Part shown: positions 36,592 through 44,425 of the stretch, piece after piece | How positions within the stretch are numbered: position 1 is the first letter of the stretch | Layout: every line of letters begins with the position of its first letter | Virus record (IMG/VR): IMGVR_UViG_3300023174_005338 | Span: 62,001 to 126,000 of that record | Direction: 5' to 3' (one strand) | DNA: 64,000 bases | Translations under genes and position numbers: made by a program | The notes under the pieces: model-generated | Database searches by the model: none | Seen by the model: the letters and a program-made list of their open reading frames with translations, nothing else | What the model was told of the DNA's origin: nothing

Positions 36592-37416
36592 ATGACAGGC
36601 CGCACTTATAGATCAATATTCATTTCAGACGTTCACCTTGGTACCAAGGACTGCAAGGCTGAACAACTCAACAACTTTCTCAAACACCACACCTGTGAAA
36701 CACTTTATCTTGTGGGTGACATCATAGACGCCTGGAAGATACAACAGAACAAATGGCGTTGGAAACAGAGCCATACCAATGTGATCCGTAGAGTGTTGGG
36801 TCATGCCAAACGTGGCACCAGAGTAATCTATGTGGCCGGCAATCATGACGAATTTCTCAGACCACTAATACCCTATGGCATAGGATTTGGCATGGTGGAA
36901 GTGGTCAATCAAACCGAACACATAGGTCTAGACGGACGTCACTACCTGGTCACACACGGGGATCTGTTTGATGGCATCACGAGGATCACACCTTGGCTGA
37001 GTTTCTTGGGTGATAGGCTGTATGATTTTGTGCTGAACCTCAACAGCAGATTCAACTGGCTACGTCATAGGCTGGGCTTTGGTTACTGGAGTTTGAGCAA
37101 GTTCTTGAAATATCGTGTGAAAAAAGCTGTGGACTTTGTGTTCCAGTTTGAACGCAACTTGGCCGCGTACTGCAAGAAGCGTGGGTTTGATGGGGTTATC
37201 TGCGGGCACATACATCATGCAGAAATCCGCGACATAGATGGTGTTGCCTACATGAATGATGGCGACTGGGTGGAATCAATGACTGCCCTGGTTGAACATC
37301 ACGATGGCAGGTGGGAAATAGTTACATGGACCAAGGAGATGGACGATGTGGTTGCTGATGTTGATAGCAGTTCACGTGAACAATCCCCAAGACGTGCCCG
37401 GAAGAGCAAGCATTGA
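36592..37416 (+). CDS. plcP: PlcP-type phospholipase C (LpxH-like metallophosphoesterase)
   Basis: FISDVHLG, VGDIID, GNHDEFLR, HGDLFD, YWSLSKFLKYRVKKAV, GVICGHIH, YMNDGDWVES. Confidence 0.82.
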   Translation: MTGRTYRSIFISDVHLGTKDCKAEQLNNFLKHHTCETLYLVGDIIDAWKIQQNKWRWKQSHTNVIRRVLGHAKRGTRVIYVAGNHDEFLRPLIPYGIGFGMVEVVNQTEHIGLDGRHYLVTHGDLFDGITRITPWLSFLGDRLYDFVLNLNSRFNWLRHRLGFGYWSLSKFLKYRVKKAVDFVFQFERNLAAYCKKRGFDGVICGHIHHAEIRDIDGVAYMNDGDWVESMTALVEHHDGRWEIVTWTKEMDDVVADVDSSSREQSPRRARKSKH

Positions 37417-37519
37417 GTTTGCCACCAAAGCAGAATGCATGCGAGCACAGGCCACAGTGGCCTATTGGCTCAAGTTTGACAGTTTCAAGGTAGTCACACA
37501 ATGCCAAAAACGATCCTGA
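37346..37519 (+). CDS. Small secreted or membrane protein overlapping plcP and the GT4 gene
   Basis: AAGGAG RBS; MWLLMLIAVHVNNPQDVPG...FATKAECMRA. Confidence 0.5.
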   Translation: MWLLMLIAVHVNNPQDVPGRASIEFATKAECMRAQATVAYWLKFDSFKVVTQCQKRS

Positions 37520-38508
37520 TCATAACTGACAATGTGCCCGGTCAAATCAACGGTGTGGTCACAACTTTCAAAAACTTGGAAGATTGCGCTGACCGTGACG
37601 GTTATCGTGTTGTTTATGTTGATCCCAGCCAGTTCCCTAATTTTGCTTGCCCTGGTTATGCTGAAGTTCGCTTGTGCTGGCCGCACGGTATCAGTAAAAA
37701 AATTAAGGCATTACGTCCAGACTTTATACACATCGCTACGGAAGGTCCGGTAGGTTTCTTTGCTCGCTGGTGGTGCGAACGCAATCACGTTCCTTACAAC
37801 ACAAGTTACCACACGGACTTTGCCAAGTTTTTGAAACGCATGTATCATGTTCCGGAGTCTTGGACCTGGTGGTATCTGCGTTGGTTTCATAAAAATAGTC
37901 AACGTGTGTTGGTCACAACTGCCAGCATCGAGCAAGAGTTAACGGCCCGTGGCTTTGAGAATCTTCGAGTCTGGACACGCGGTGTGGATCGAACTTATTT
38001 TTCCAGCAGTCTGCGAACTGGTTCCAATGTTAGACCCGTGTTGCTCAGCGTGGGACGTGTGTCAAAAGAAAAAGGTCTGGATGATTTCTGTCGGCTGGAT
38101 ATGCCGTGGTGTGAAAAAATCGTAGTAGGCGATGGTCCTTATCGAGCCGAACTAGAACGCAGATACCCCACGGTGAAATTTGTGGGCGCACAGCGTGGTC
38201 TGGAACTGGCCAGTTACTATGCACAGGCTGATGTGTTTGTGTTCACCAGCCGGGCCGATACATTTGGCGTGGTCAACATCGAAGCCCTGGCCTGTGGCAC
38301 TCCAGTGGCGGCCTATCCTGTGCCTGGGCCCATAGACATAGTAGAATCTGGTGTAACAGGATACCTGGACTGGAATCTTGCTCATGCCGTGGAACGCTGT
38401 TTGACTCTGGATCGTGATCGGGTGGAACAGGCCAGTCGTCGTTGGACCTGGGACGCATGTTGGCGCATATTCCGTGACAATTTAGTAGACATAAATCGGG
38501 CACAATGA
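37501..38508 (+). CDS. GT4 glycosyltransferase, Agt-like diacylglycerol glycosyltransferase
   Basis: TDNVPGQINGVVTT, HIATEGPVG, SYHT, VGRVSKEK, DTFGVVNIEALACGTPV. Confidence 0.85.
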   Translation: MPKTILIITDNVPGQINGVVTTFKNLEDCADRDGYRVVYVDPSQFPNFACPGYAEVRLCWPHGISKKIKALRPDFIHIATEGPVGFFARWWCERNHVPYNTSYHTDFAKFLKRMYHVPESWTWWYLRWFHKNSQRVLVTTASIEQELTARGFENLRVWTRGVDRTYFSSSLRTGSNVRPVLLSVGRVSKEKGLDDFCRLDMPWCEKIVVGDGPYRAELERRYPTVKFVGAQRGLELASYYAQADVFVFTSRADTFGVVNIEALACGTPVAAYPVPGPIDIVESGVTGYLDWNLAHAVERCLTLDRDRVEQASRRWTWDACWRIFRDNLVDINRAQ

Positions 38509-38568
38509 TTAGGTGCCGCCGGAGCCCGTAACCGGACATAATCTGTTGCGTAAAAACAACACCCAAAC

Positions 38569-38591
38569 GCCCTAGTAAAATAGGGCTTTTT
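38569..38591 (+). terminator. Intrinsic terminator
   Basis: GCCCTA-GTAAAA-TAGGGC-TTTTT; same stem family as 19927. Confidence 0.75.
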
Positions 38592-38609
38592 CTTGGGTTT
38601 ACCAAAAGG

Positions 38610-38638
38610 TTGACCAGAATTTACCGATTTGCTATACT
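38610..38638 (+). promoter_or_regulatory. Early promoter
   Basis: TTGACC-N17-TATACT. Confidence 0.8.
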
Positions 38639-38668
38639 AGTATTATAGTAAACAATAAGGAGCAAAAG

Positions 38669-38941
38669 ATGAGCAAACTTACAGCATACACAGTAGAAAT
38701 TTACAAAGCCGATCGCCGTGTCAAGGCTGGTCGCAGACTGGTTGAGAAGCGTGATTTTGAGCCAGTTACCCAAGATTATATCAACAGCGTGGTTGGAGGT
38801 TTCAAGTCCCGAGGCTTTATTGCAGAAGTTCACGAAACCTTTGTGACCAAGAAAAACCTCATGGGTGGTCGGGAATTCACTGAGCGGTATGATACTCCGC
38901 ACTTTTGCTCACCTGCAAGTGAGAGCTACTGGTCAGCCTAA
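38669..38941 (+). CDS. Hypothetical early protein
   Basis: TAAGGAG RBS. Confidence 0.7.
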   Translation: MSKLTAYTVEIYKADRRVKAGRRLVEKRDFEPVTQDYINSVVGGFKSRGFIAEVHETFVTKKNLMGGREFTERYDTPHFCSPASESYWSA

Positions 38942-38994
38942 GTTAGCGGGCACTAACCTGCCCGGTTGACCAGAATTTACCGATTTGCTATAAT
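38942..38994 (+). promoter_or_regulatory. Imperfect 16-bp palindrome plus early promoter
   Basis: GTTAGCGGGCACTAAC, 8 bp, then TTGACC-N17-TATAAT; promoter nearly identical to the one at 38610. Confidence 0.75.
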
Positions 38995-39024
38995 AGTTGT
39001 ATAGTTAATAAAAAGGAGCAGAAG

Positions 39025-39372
39025 ATGACAGAAATCAACAACATTATCCAAGTGAACACCATCGTAAACGAAGCCAAACAGGCCGCCCGCGAAGCCGCTG
39101 AAAAATTCTTCCAGGACAAGCTGGGTGGCAAGGATCAATACTCGTGTGGTTTTGCCTGGGTCGACATCTATGGTGTCAAAGGCAATACCCGTCTTGGTAA
39201 AGCATTCAAGGCCGCAGGTATCCGTAAAAGTTATACCGGCAGTTACCAGATCTGGAATCCGTCGGAAATGGCTGTGCAAAACATCGACACCCTTGAAGCC
39301 GGTGCCGAAGCGGCCGCAAAGGTGTTTGAGAAATATGGTTTCAGTGCATACGCAGGCAGCCGACTAGATTAA
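39025..39372 (+). CDS. Hypothetical early protein
   Basis: AAGGAG RBS; CGFAWV motif. Confidence 0.75.
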   Translation: MTEINNIIQVNTIVNEAKQAAREAAEKFFQDKLGGKDQYSCGFAWVDIYGVKGNTRLGKAFKAAGIRKSYTGSYQIWNPSEMAVQNIDTLEAGAEAAAKVFEKYGFSAYAGSRLD

Positions 39373-39429
39373 ACAGGCTGTAATGGGTCCGTGCGGTCCT
39401 TGGGGAGCCTTGATACCCCAGAAACTTGC

Positions 39430-39471
39430 AGTCTATTTTTACTGGTTATAGACTCTAAAGAAAAACCAGTA
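39430..39471 (+). promoter_or_regulatory. Predicted H-type RNA pseudoknot
   Basis: S1 AGTCTAT/ATAGACT, S2 TACTGGTT/AACCAGTA, L1 3 nt, L2 0 nt, L3 9 nt. Confidence 0.55.
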
Positions 39472-39491
39472 CTTTTTGAACAAGGAATAAA

Positions 39492-39653
39492 ATGACATTG
39501 GATCAAGCCGTAGAAATCATGAGACTGTATGCCGTAGACCAAGACATGGACGATTTGAGTTCGGTCGAGCACATGGTCCGCAACATGCGTCTGCTGACTC
39601 CAGAACAAAGCCAGGCCTTGGACACATTCATGACCGAGACTCGCAATGGCTAA
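39492..39653 (+). CDS. Small hypothetical protein
   Basis: AAGGA RBS; MTLDQAVEIMRLY...; overlaps the next ORF. Confidence 0.6.
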   Translation: MTLDQAVEIMRLYAVDQDMDDLSSVEHMVRNMRLLTPEQSQALDTFMTETRNG

Positions 39654-40308
39654 ACGTCAACGACCCACTCTAGATCTCACGGCAGATCAGGTCTGGGCCG
39701 CGGCCTCGGCCGCTTACCGAGTCAATGGTGGCTACTTCAAGCAACCCGAAGTCACTGATCAAGGTGTGATAACTCGTCCCACCAATCGCGAGTTGGTACG
39801 GCAGTATCTGGTTGAGCCTGGCACTGTCACTGCCGACGATCTAGAACAAGGACGCCGATGTCGCCAAGATCTGCTGAAACAGGCCACCATGGCGGCTTTG
39901 AAGAATCAAGCTACGGAATGGACCTTGCTCACAGCCGAGATGGCCAGCCTGGACGCCGTAACCACCGACTATCAGATCAGTGTGATCACGTCCATGCCCA
40001 AGAGCCATGCTCAGAATCTCGCACGTGAAACCGTGGACACTAGATTGACCTACTGTGATTCGGATCCTGTGGGTCGGATCAACGAACGTGTGGAAGTTGT
40101 GGGCGAAGTGGTGCGTAGCAACTACAGCAGTCAATATAACACCCACTATGTGACCGTGATCACTGATGTGAATCGTCAGGTATTCTTTGCCTATCGCGAA
40201 CGCATCGATCCTGGTGTCAATGTCAAGATTTGTGGCCGTGTCAAACGACACGCTGACCGTGCCACGCAACTGAGTCGTGTCAAAATTCAAAAACAGGAGT
40301 CAGTATGA
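39646..40308 (+). CDS. Hypothetical protein with C-terminal OB-fold-like domain
   Basis: ERVEVVGEVV...HYVTVITD...VFF...VKICGRVKRH...TQLSRVKI. Confidence 0.65.
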   Translation: MAKRQRPTLDLTADQVWAAASAAYRVNGGYFKQPEVTDQGVITRPTNRELVRQYLVEPGTVTADDLEQGRRCRQDLLKQATMAALKNQATEWTLLTAEMASLDAVTTDYQISVITSMPKSHAQNLARETVDTRLTYCDSDPVGRINERVEVVGEVVRSNYSSQYNTHYVTVITDVNRQVFFAYRERIDPGVNVKICGRVKRHADRATQLSRVKIQKQESV

Positions 40309-40481
40309 AGGATAGAATCATAGCATGGATCAGTCTCAACGGTCCTACCTTGGGCATAGCGACCTTGATCGTGGTCATGTTGATCATGTTGTCTGGTTGC
40401 GGCACCGTGGCTGGTCTGGGCAAGGATGTGACCAGCGCAGCCGAATGGACCAAGGACAAAATGGGTGGAGACAAGAAATGA
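40305..40481 (+). CDS. Entericidin EcnA/B-like lipoprotein
   Basis: Manual translation: hydrophobic signal, LSGC lipobox, GTVAGLGKDVTSAA. Confidence 0.65.
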   Translation: MKDRIIAWISLNGPTLGIATLIVVMLIMLSGCGTVAGLGKDVTSAAEWTKDKMGGDKK

Positions 40482-40609
40482 GAGGATTCATTTTGGGCAT
40501 CATAGTAACTCTAGCAGTGTTGTATCCTGCTGTGACCAAAAATCTTTTGGCCCAAGCTGTGGATGTCACAAACGGTGCGGTCACAGGAATTTTGGATCAA
40601 AACAAATGA
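40478..40609 (+). CDS. Small membrane protein
   Basis: MRGFILGIIVTLAVLYP...; ATGA coupling. Confidence 0.55.
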   Translation: MRGFILGIIVTLAVLYPAVTKNLLAQAVDVTNGAVTGILDQNK

Positions 40610-40732
40610 TTTTGGCCCACCAAATATGGCTATTATGGTTGACATTGGCATCAATATCAAGTATAATGGTTATTGTAGCAAGCGGTAAATTTTTTATTAA
40701 CTCAGTAAGGCAACTTAGAAAGGCAACACAAA

Positions 40733-41062
40733 ATGGCAGCAGAAAAATTATTCACAGTAGCAGGCACAGCAACCAATGCCGATGGCACAGTCAAGGCTCG
40801 TTTTGCCAATGACTTGGTAGCTCGTATCAAGATCCTTAATAAGGCTGGTTGTACTGACATCAACTTGATCGAATTGCCTAAAGCAATGACCAAGTTGGAA
40901 GCTCTCCAGCATTTACAGAGCTTGGGTCAGACCGGTGACGCTGGCTACGCAGTAGCCAACAAGCTGGCAGAAAAGACCAAGATCGCTAAAAAGGGCGAAG
41001 TCCGGGTCAAAGCAACCAAGTCCGCTACCACAGCAAAGTCATCTGCTAAAGTAGCAGTATAA
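40733..41062 (+). CDS. Hypothetical protein with Lys/Ala-rich tail
   Basis: Preceded by TTGACA-N17-TATAAT (40639-40667) and AAAGG RBS. Confidence 0.75.
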   Translation: MAAEKLFTVAGTATNADGTVKARFANDLVARIKILNKAGCTDINLIELPKAMTKLEALQHLQSLGQTGDAGYAVANKLAEKTKIAKKGEVRVKATKSATTAKSSAKVAV

Positions 41063-41200
41063 TTCATCAGGGGCAGGTCTGTACCATAAGTCCCCTGGTA
41101 TTAATTTTGTTGTTTGTAAGCTCAGAGGCTTGATCATGCGTTATGTAACCGAAACAAACATTCCAGTAAACTCGAGTAAAGCTGGTGAGTTAGGCAAACA

Positions 41201-41491
41201 GTGCAGACAACAAAACTAATATTTTTAGTGGTTCCTATCTTGTTGTCGGGTTGTGCGGCCGCTCCTGTGATCGTAACTGGCATGAGCGTAGGCAGTGTGG
41301 CCATTTCAGAAACCACAGGACGAACAGCCACAGACCATGCTGTCAGTGCTGTAGCCCAGCAAGACTGTCGCGTAGGACGGGCGTTCCGTGACGAACCAGT
41401 GTGTCAACCCAAAGGAACCGTGCAAGTTCAAGTAGTGACCACAGGCGTGACGCCATCAACCATTGAAGAAATAGAATCCAAATATCGTTAG
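41201..41491 (+). CDS. Putative lipoprotein
   Basis: LLSGC lipobox. Confidence 0.65.
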   Translation: MQTTKLIFLVVPILLSGCAAAPVIVTGMSVGSVAISETTGRTATDHAVSAVAQQDCRVGRAFRDEPVCQPKGTVQVQVVTTGVTPSTIEEIESKYR

Positions 41492-41505
41492 CATAAGTAC
41501 GTTTT

Positions 41506-41742
41506 ATGCTGGACAATCTCGACATAGACCAGGCTGTGCGTTTGGCTATTTTAAATCTCTGCGTGATTTTACATGATTGTGGCATCACCGAAGTTCATGT
41601 GGGCGGCATCATGCGAATACTGGGTGTGCCTGACAATTTGGCTCAGGAGCATGACGATGAACGGATCATCTTAGATAACGAATTTGTTAAATATGTAGAC
41701 CAGATCAATGAACCCAGACCCGTTGATCAAGCTCTACACTAA
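41506..41742 (+). CDS. Hypothetical protein
   Basis: ATAAGTA box 6 nt upstream. Confidence 0.7.
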   Translation: MLDNLDIDQAVRLAILNLCVILHDCGITEVHVGGIMRILGVPDNLAQEHDDERIILDNEFVKYVDQINEPRPVDQALH

Positions 41743-41985
41743 ATGACCTTACACAGTTATCGCACTTCATACCCTCTTTTTACAGTGATACATCGAGATC
41801 CTGCCGCCAAGGCACGTCTTATTGCCTGGTCGGCCACCAGCCGTAGCATACAGGCACAAGTAGAAGAAAACCGCATGCACATATTCGACCACAACACCTT
41901 GAGCCTGTTTTTATTGACTTGGACACATGGTTGGGACAACTTGGTTATCTGGGATCCGTGGTCAAAACGGCACATCAATATTTGA
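41743..41985 (+). CDS. Hypothetical protein
   Basis: Abutting 80-aa ORF. Confidence 0.6.
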   Translation: MTLHSYRTSYPLFTVIHRDPAAKARLIAWSATSRSIQAQVEENRMHIFDHNTLSLFLLTWTHGWDNLVIWDPWSKRHINI

Positions 41986-42047
41986 CATCCTGGATTTTTA
42001 TAGTATAATTATTAGGTGCCCTGGCACACTAACCTAGAGGAATCAAA

Positions 42048-42233
42048 ATGAGCAACCATGAAGCAATCAAAACAGCATTCGAAACATACATCGCCGAAAA
42101 TGACAAGTTCACAGGCAAAGGCGTTAAAGCATCTGCTGCTCGCGCTAGAAAAGCCCTGCAGGAAATGAGCAAGGCCATCAAAGAGCGACGCAAAGAAATC
42201 ACCGCGGAAAAAGAAGCCCTAGTGGCCAAGTAA
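42048..42233 (+). CDS. Histone H1-like (Hc1-type) nucleoid protein
   Basis: KGVKASAARARKALQEMSKAIKERRKEI helix; own promoter TTGACA-N16-TATAAT (41982-42009). Confidence 0.7.
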   Translation: MSNHEAIKTAFETYIAENDKFTGKGVKASAARARKALQEMSKAIKERRKEITAEKEALVAK

Positions 42234-42234
42234 C

Positions 42235-42696
42235 ATGGGTGACCATGAACAACGGCTAGAAGAGATTCTAGCCGAATGGGATCTAGATCGCGGCAAAGAT
42301 GCGGATACCTACAGCATAGATCTCGGCGGGGTTTACAGCAACGTGAGCCTTACCAGTCCTTATACAATTAGCTCAGGTATAAACTTGCCCAATGCTGTGT
42401 ACACCACAACTGGCACCGCATCTTCGCCCTGGGCCTATAGTTCCAGCACTGGTAGTTCCAAGATCAGTTTAGATGGCAAGGATGCTGACATCGAAATCAA
42501 CGGTGTGAGCCTGTGGAAGACCATGCAGGAGATATCCAACCGTCTCAACATCATGCAGGTCAATCCTGAATTAGAAGTGGAGTGGAAGGAACTGCGTGAC
42601 CTGGGTGATCAGTATAGAAAGCTGGAACAACACATAAAGGACAAGCAGGCCACATGGAACCGCCTAAAGGCTATGCCCGCACCTGACATAGATTGA
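42235..42696 (+). CDS. Hypothetical protein
   Basis: Ser/Thr-rich N-half, coiled-coil C-half. Confidence 0.7.
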   Translation: MGDHEQRLEEILAEWDLDRGKDADTYSIDLGGVYSNVSLTSPYTISSGINLPNAVYTTTGTASSPWAYSSSTGSSKISLDGKDADIEINGVSLWKTMQEISNRLNIMQVNPELEVEWKELRDLGDQYRKLEQHIKDKQATWNRLKAMPAPDID

Positions 42697-43080
42697 CAGC
42701 AACCGATTCACATGCTATAATAGCTGTATATTATGGCAAAAATGAGTGAAAATTTATGGTTATTTGGTCCTGATTCCTGTCAAGAACTAAGTATTTTAGA
42801 GAGTAGAAAACACAACCAGGCTGGCACTGACACGCTCAGCGGAGGATTACAAATCAGATCTACTCCACAACGGATTGACCAGTGCCGTGAAGCTGGTCTT
42901 TTTACAAGAGGACTTCGGAAATCCTCTTCATTGACAAATGGTATGATTTGGTCGGAAACAAAGATCAGATCTGAGAGTATGGCACTGAGGCCCGAGGTCT
43001 ACATCTGTCCTGCGACTTTGTCTATGCGCCCATCCTGGGCACTCCGGTGAACGGCTCACTAAAGCCGATGGGAGAAAACA

Positions 43081-43641
43081 TTGAAGACATCTTCAAAGTC
43101 CAATCTAGGTAGTATAGCAATAAAAGCCGTCAGTTTTGTGGCTGTGGCTCTGGCCGTGGTTTTTGTCACTGACTCAAAGTTAGAAACACTCAAAGCCACC
43201 AATGAAGTGGCACGCCAGGGTTTTGTCAGTGTGGCAGATCGTGCCAAACAGTTGGATTGTTTGACACGCAACATCTACTGGGAAAGTGCCACTGAGCCTT
43301 TTGAAGGCAAGGTAGCCGTGGCCCAGGTCACCATCAACCGTGTGGAATCTGGCAAGTTTGCCTCTGACATCTGCGGCGTGGTCTATCAAAAGAACGTGGT
43401 CTACGACAAGGTAATTTGCCAGTTCTCGTGGTTCTGTGATGGCAGCAGCAAAGTACGGCCCATATATCCAGCGCACTGGAAAGAGTCAGAAGAAGTAGCC
43501 AAAAAAGTCCTCCTAGAAGGATTCCGTTTGCCCAGCGTGAAAAACGCATTGTACTTTCACGCAGACTATGTCAAACCCCAGTGGGGCAAACCACAGGTAG
43601 CTAAATTTGGGAGACACATTTTTTATGCGGACAAAATATGA
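43081..43641 (+). CDS. Cell wall hydrolase, SleB family
   Basis: CLTRNIYWES..EPFEGKVAVAQVTINRV, CQFSW, ALYFHA, GRHIFY; N-terminal TM; TTG start with GGAG RBS. Confidence 0.9.
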   Translation: MKTSSKSNLGSIAIKAVSFVAVALAVVFVTDSKLETLKATNEVARQGFVSVADRAKQLDCLTRNIYWESATEPFEGKVAVAQVTINRVESGKFASDICGVVYQKNVVYDKVICQFSWFCDGSSKVRPIYPAHWKESEEVAKKVLLEGFRLPSVKNALYFHADYVKPQWGKPQVAKFGRHIFYADKI

Positions 43642-43952
43642 TAATCAAATTAGACGAGTTATTGAATTCTTTAAGAACCTGGTTAGATCAACACTTGCCC
43701 AAAGTAAGTGCTGAAACCCTGGGTTGGTTGGCAGTAGTAATCATACACTGTGCCACCATACCCACGCTTCTAGCCTTGCTCACAGGACTGTCTGACACTG
43801 TGCCCAACCTAGACATAGTGCTGTTCATGTGGACTGGTCTGGTGCTGTTGTTTGCTAGAGCCGTAGTGCTCAAAGACATGTTGAACATTGTCACAATTGG
43901 CATGGGTTTTACCATACAAGCCGTGATCATGGCCATGATCTTGTTCAAGTAA
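43638..43952 (+). CDS. Small multi-pass membrane protein
   Basis: Three TM segments; coupled to the SleB gene. Confidence 0.7.
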   Translation: MIIKLDELLNSLRTWLDQHLPKVSAETLGWLAVVIIHCATIPTLLALLTGLSDTVPNLDIVLFMWTGLVLLFARAVVLKDMLNIVTIGMGFTIQAVIMAMILFK

Positions 43953-44017
43953 ACGGTTGACCCAAAACTCCAAATCTGTTATAATAGTAGTATGAATAAA
44001 AGATCTGGAGGCACACA

Positions 44018-44416
44018 ATGGCATTTCATCTAGAAGGTCCTTGGTTAAGCACCACAGGTAAAAAGCGCGGTCCACGCAAATGGGCCAGTGCCGAAGCCAA
44101 AAGAAAGGCCGAGCTGTTACAACAAGAATGGGAACAACGCCTGGGCAACTTCAAAAAAATGGCGCCCAAATTCAGTAGAAACCCCACACCACCTCCAAAG
44201 CCTACAGGTACGTTAAAAAGCGGTCCAAGAATTCCGCCCGGACGTGAAACTCCCTACATTGCCAGCCGTGACACTGGCTGGGTGCCCTGTGTCAAACATC
44301 AAGATACCGAATACACTGGTACCAAAGTCAAAGGCATAGGCACCATGCATAAATCAAATGCTGTACCAATATTCAGCGACGAGGAAGCCAAGGACATAAG
44401 TAAGATGAGGAGATAA
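44018..44416 (+). CDS. Conserved T4-like hypothetical protein
   Basis: YTGTKVKGIGTMHKSNAVP...EAKDISKMRR; promoter TTGACC-N17-TATAAT at 43957-43985. Confidence 0.75.
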   Translation: MAFHLEGPWLSTTGKKRGPRKWASAEAKRKAELLQQEWEQRLGNFKKMAPKFSRNPTPPPKPTGTLKSGPRIPPGRETPYIASRDTGWVPCVKHQDTEYTGTKVKGIGTMHKSNAVPIFSDEEAKDISKMRR

Positions 44417-44425
44417 TCAGCAACT

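Noticed and set aside
39430-39471. preQ1-I riboswitch identity for the pseudoknot
   Set aside because: The loop lacks the conserved preQ1-binding nucleotides, S2 is too long, and no que genes lie downstream.
42733-43050. 105-aa ORF upstream of the SleB gene
   Set aside because: No RBS or recognisable motif, and the region is better explained as structured RNA; not excluded, but not listed as a CDS.
43030-43075. Resemblance to a c-di-GMP-I riboswitch 3' end (GCACTCCGG...CCGATGG)
   Set aside because: The essential GGCAAAC / GNRA-receptor / GCAAAGC core is absent; the match is coincidental.
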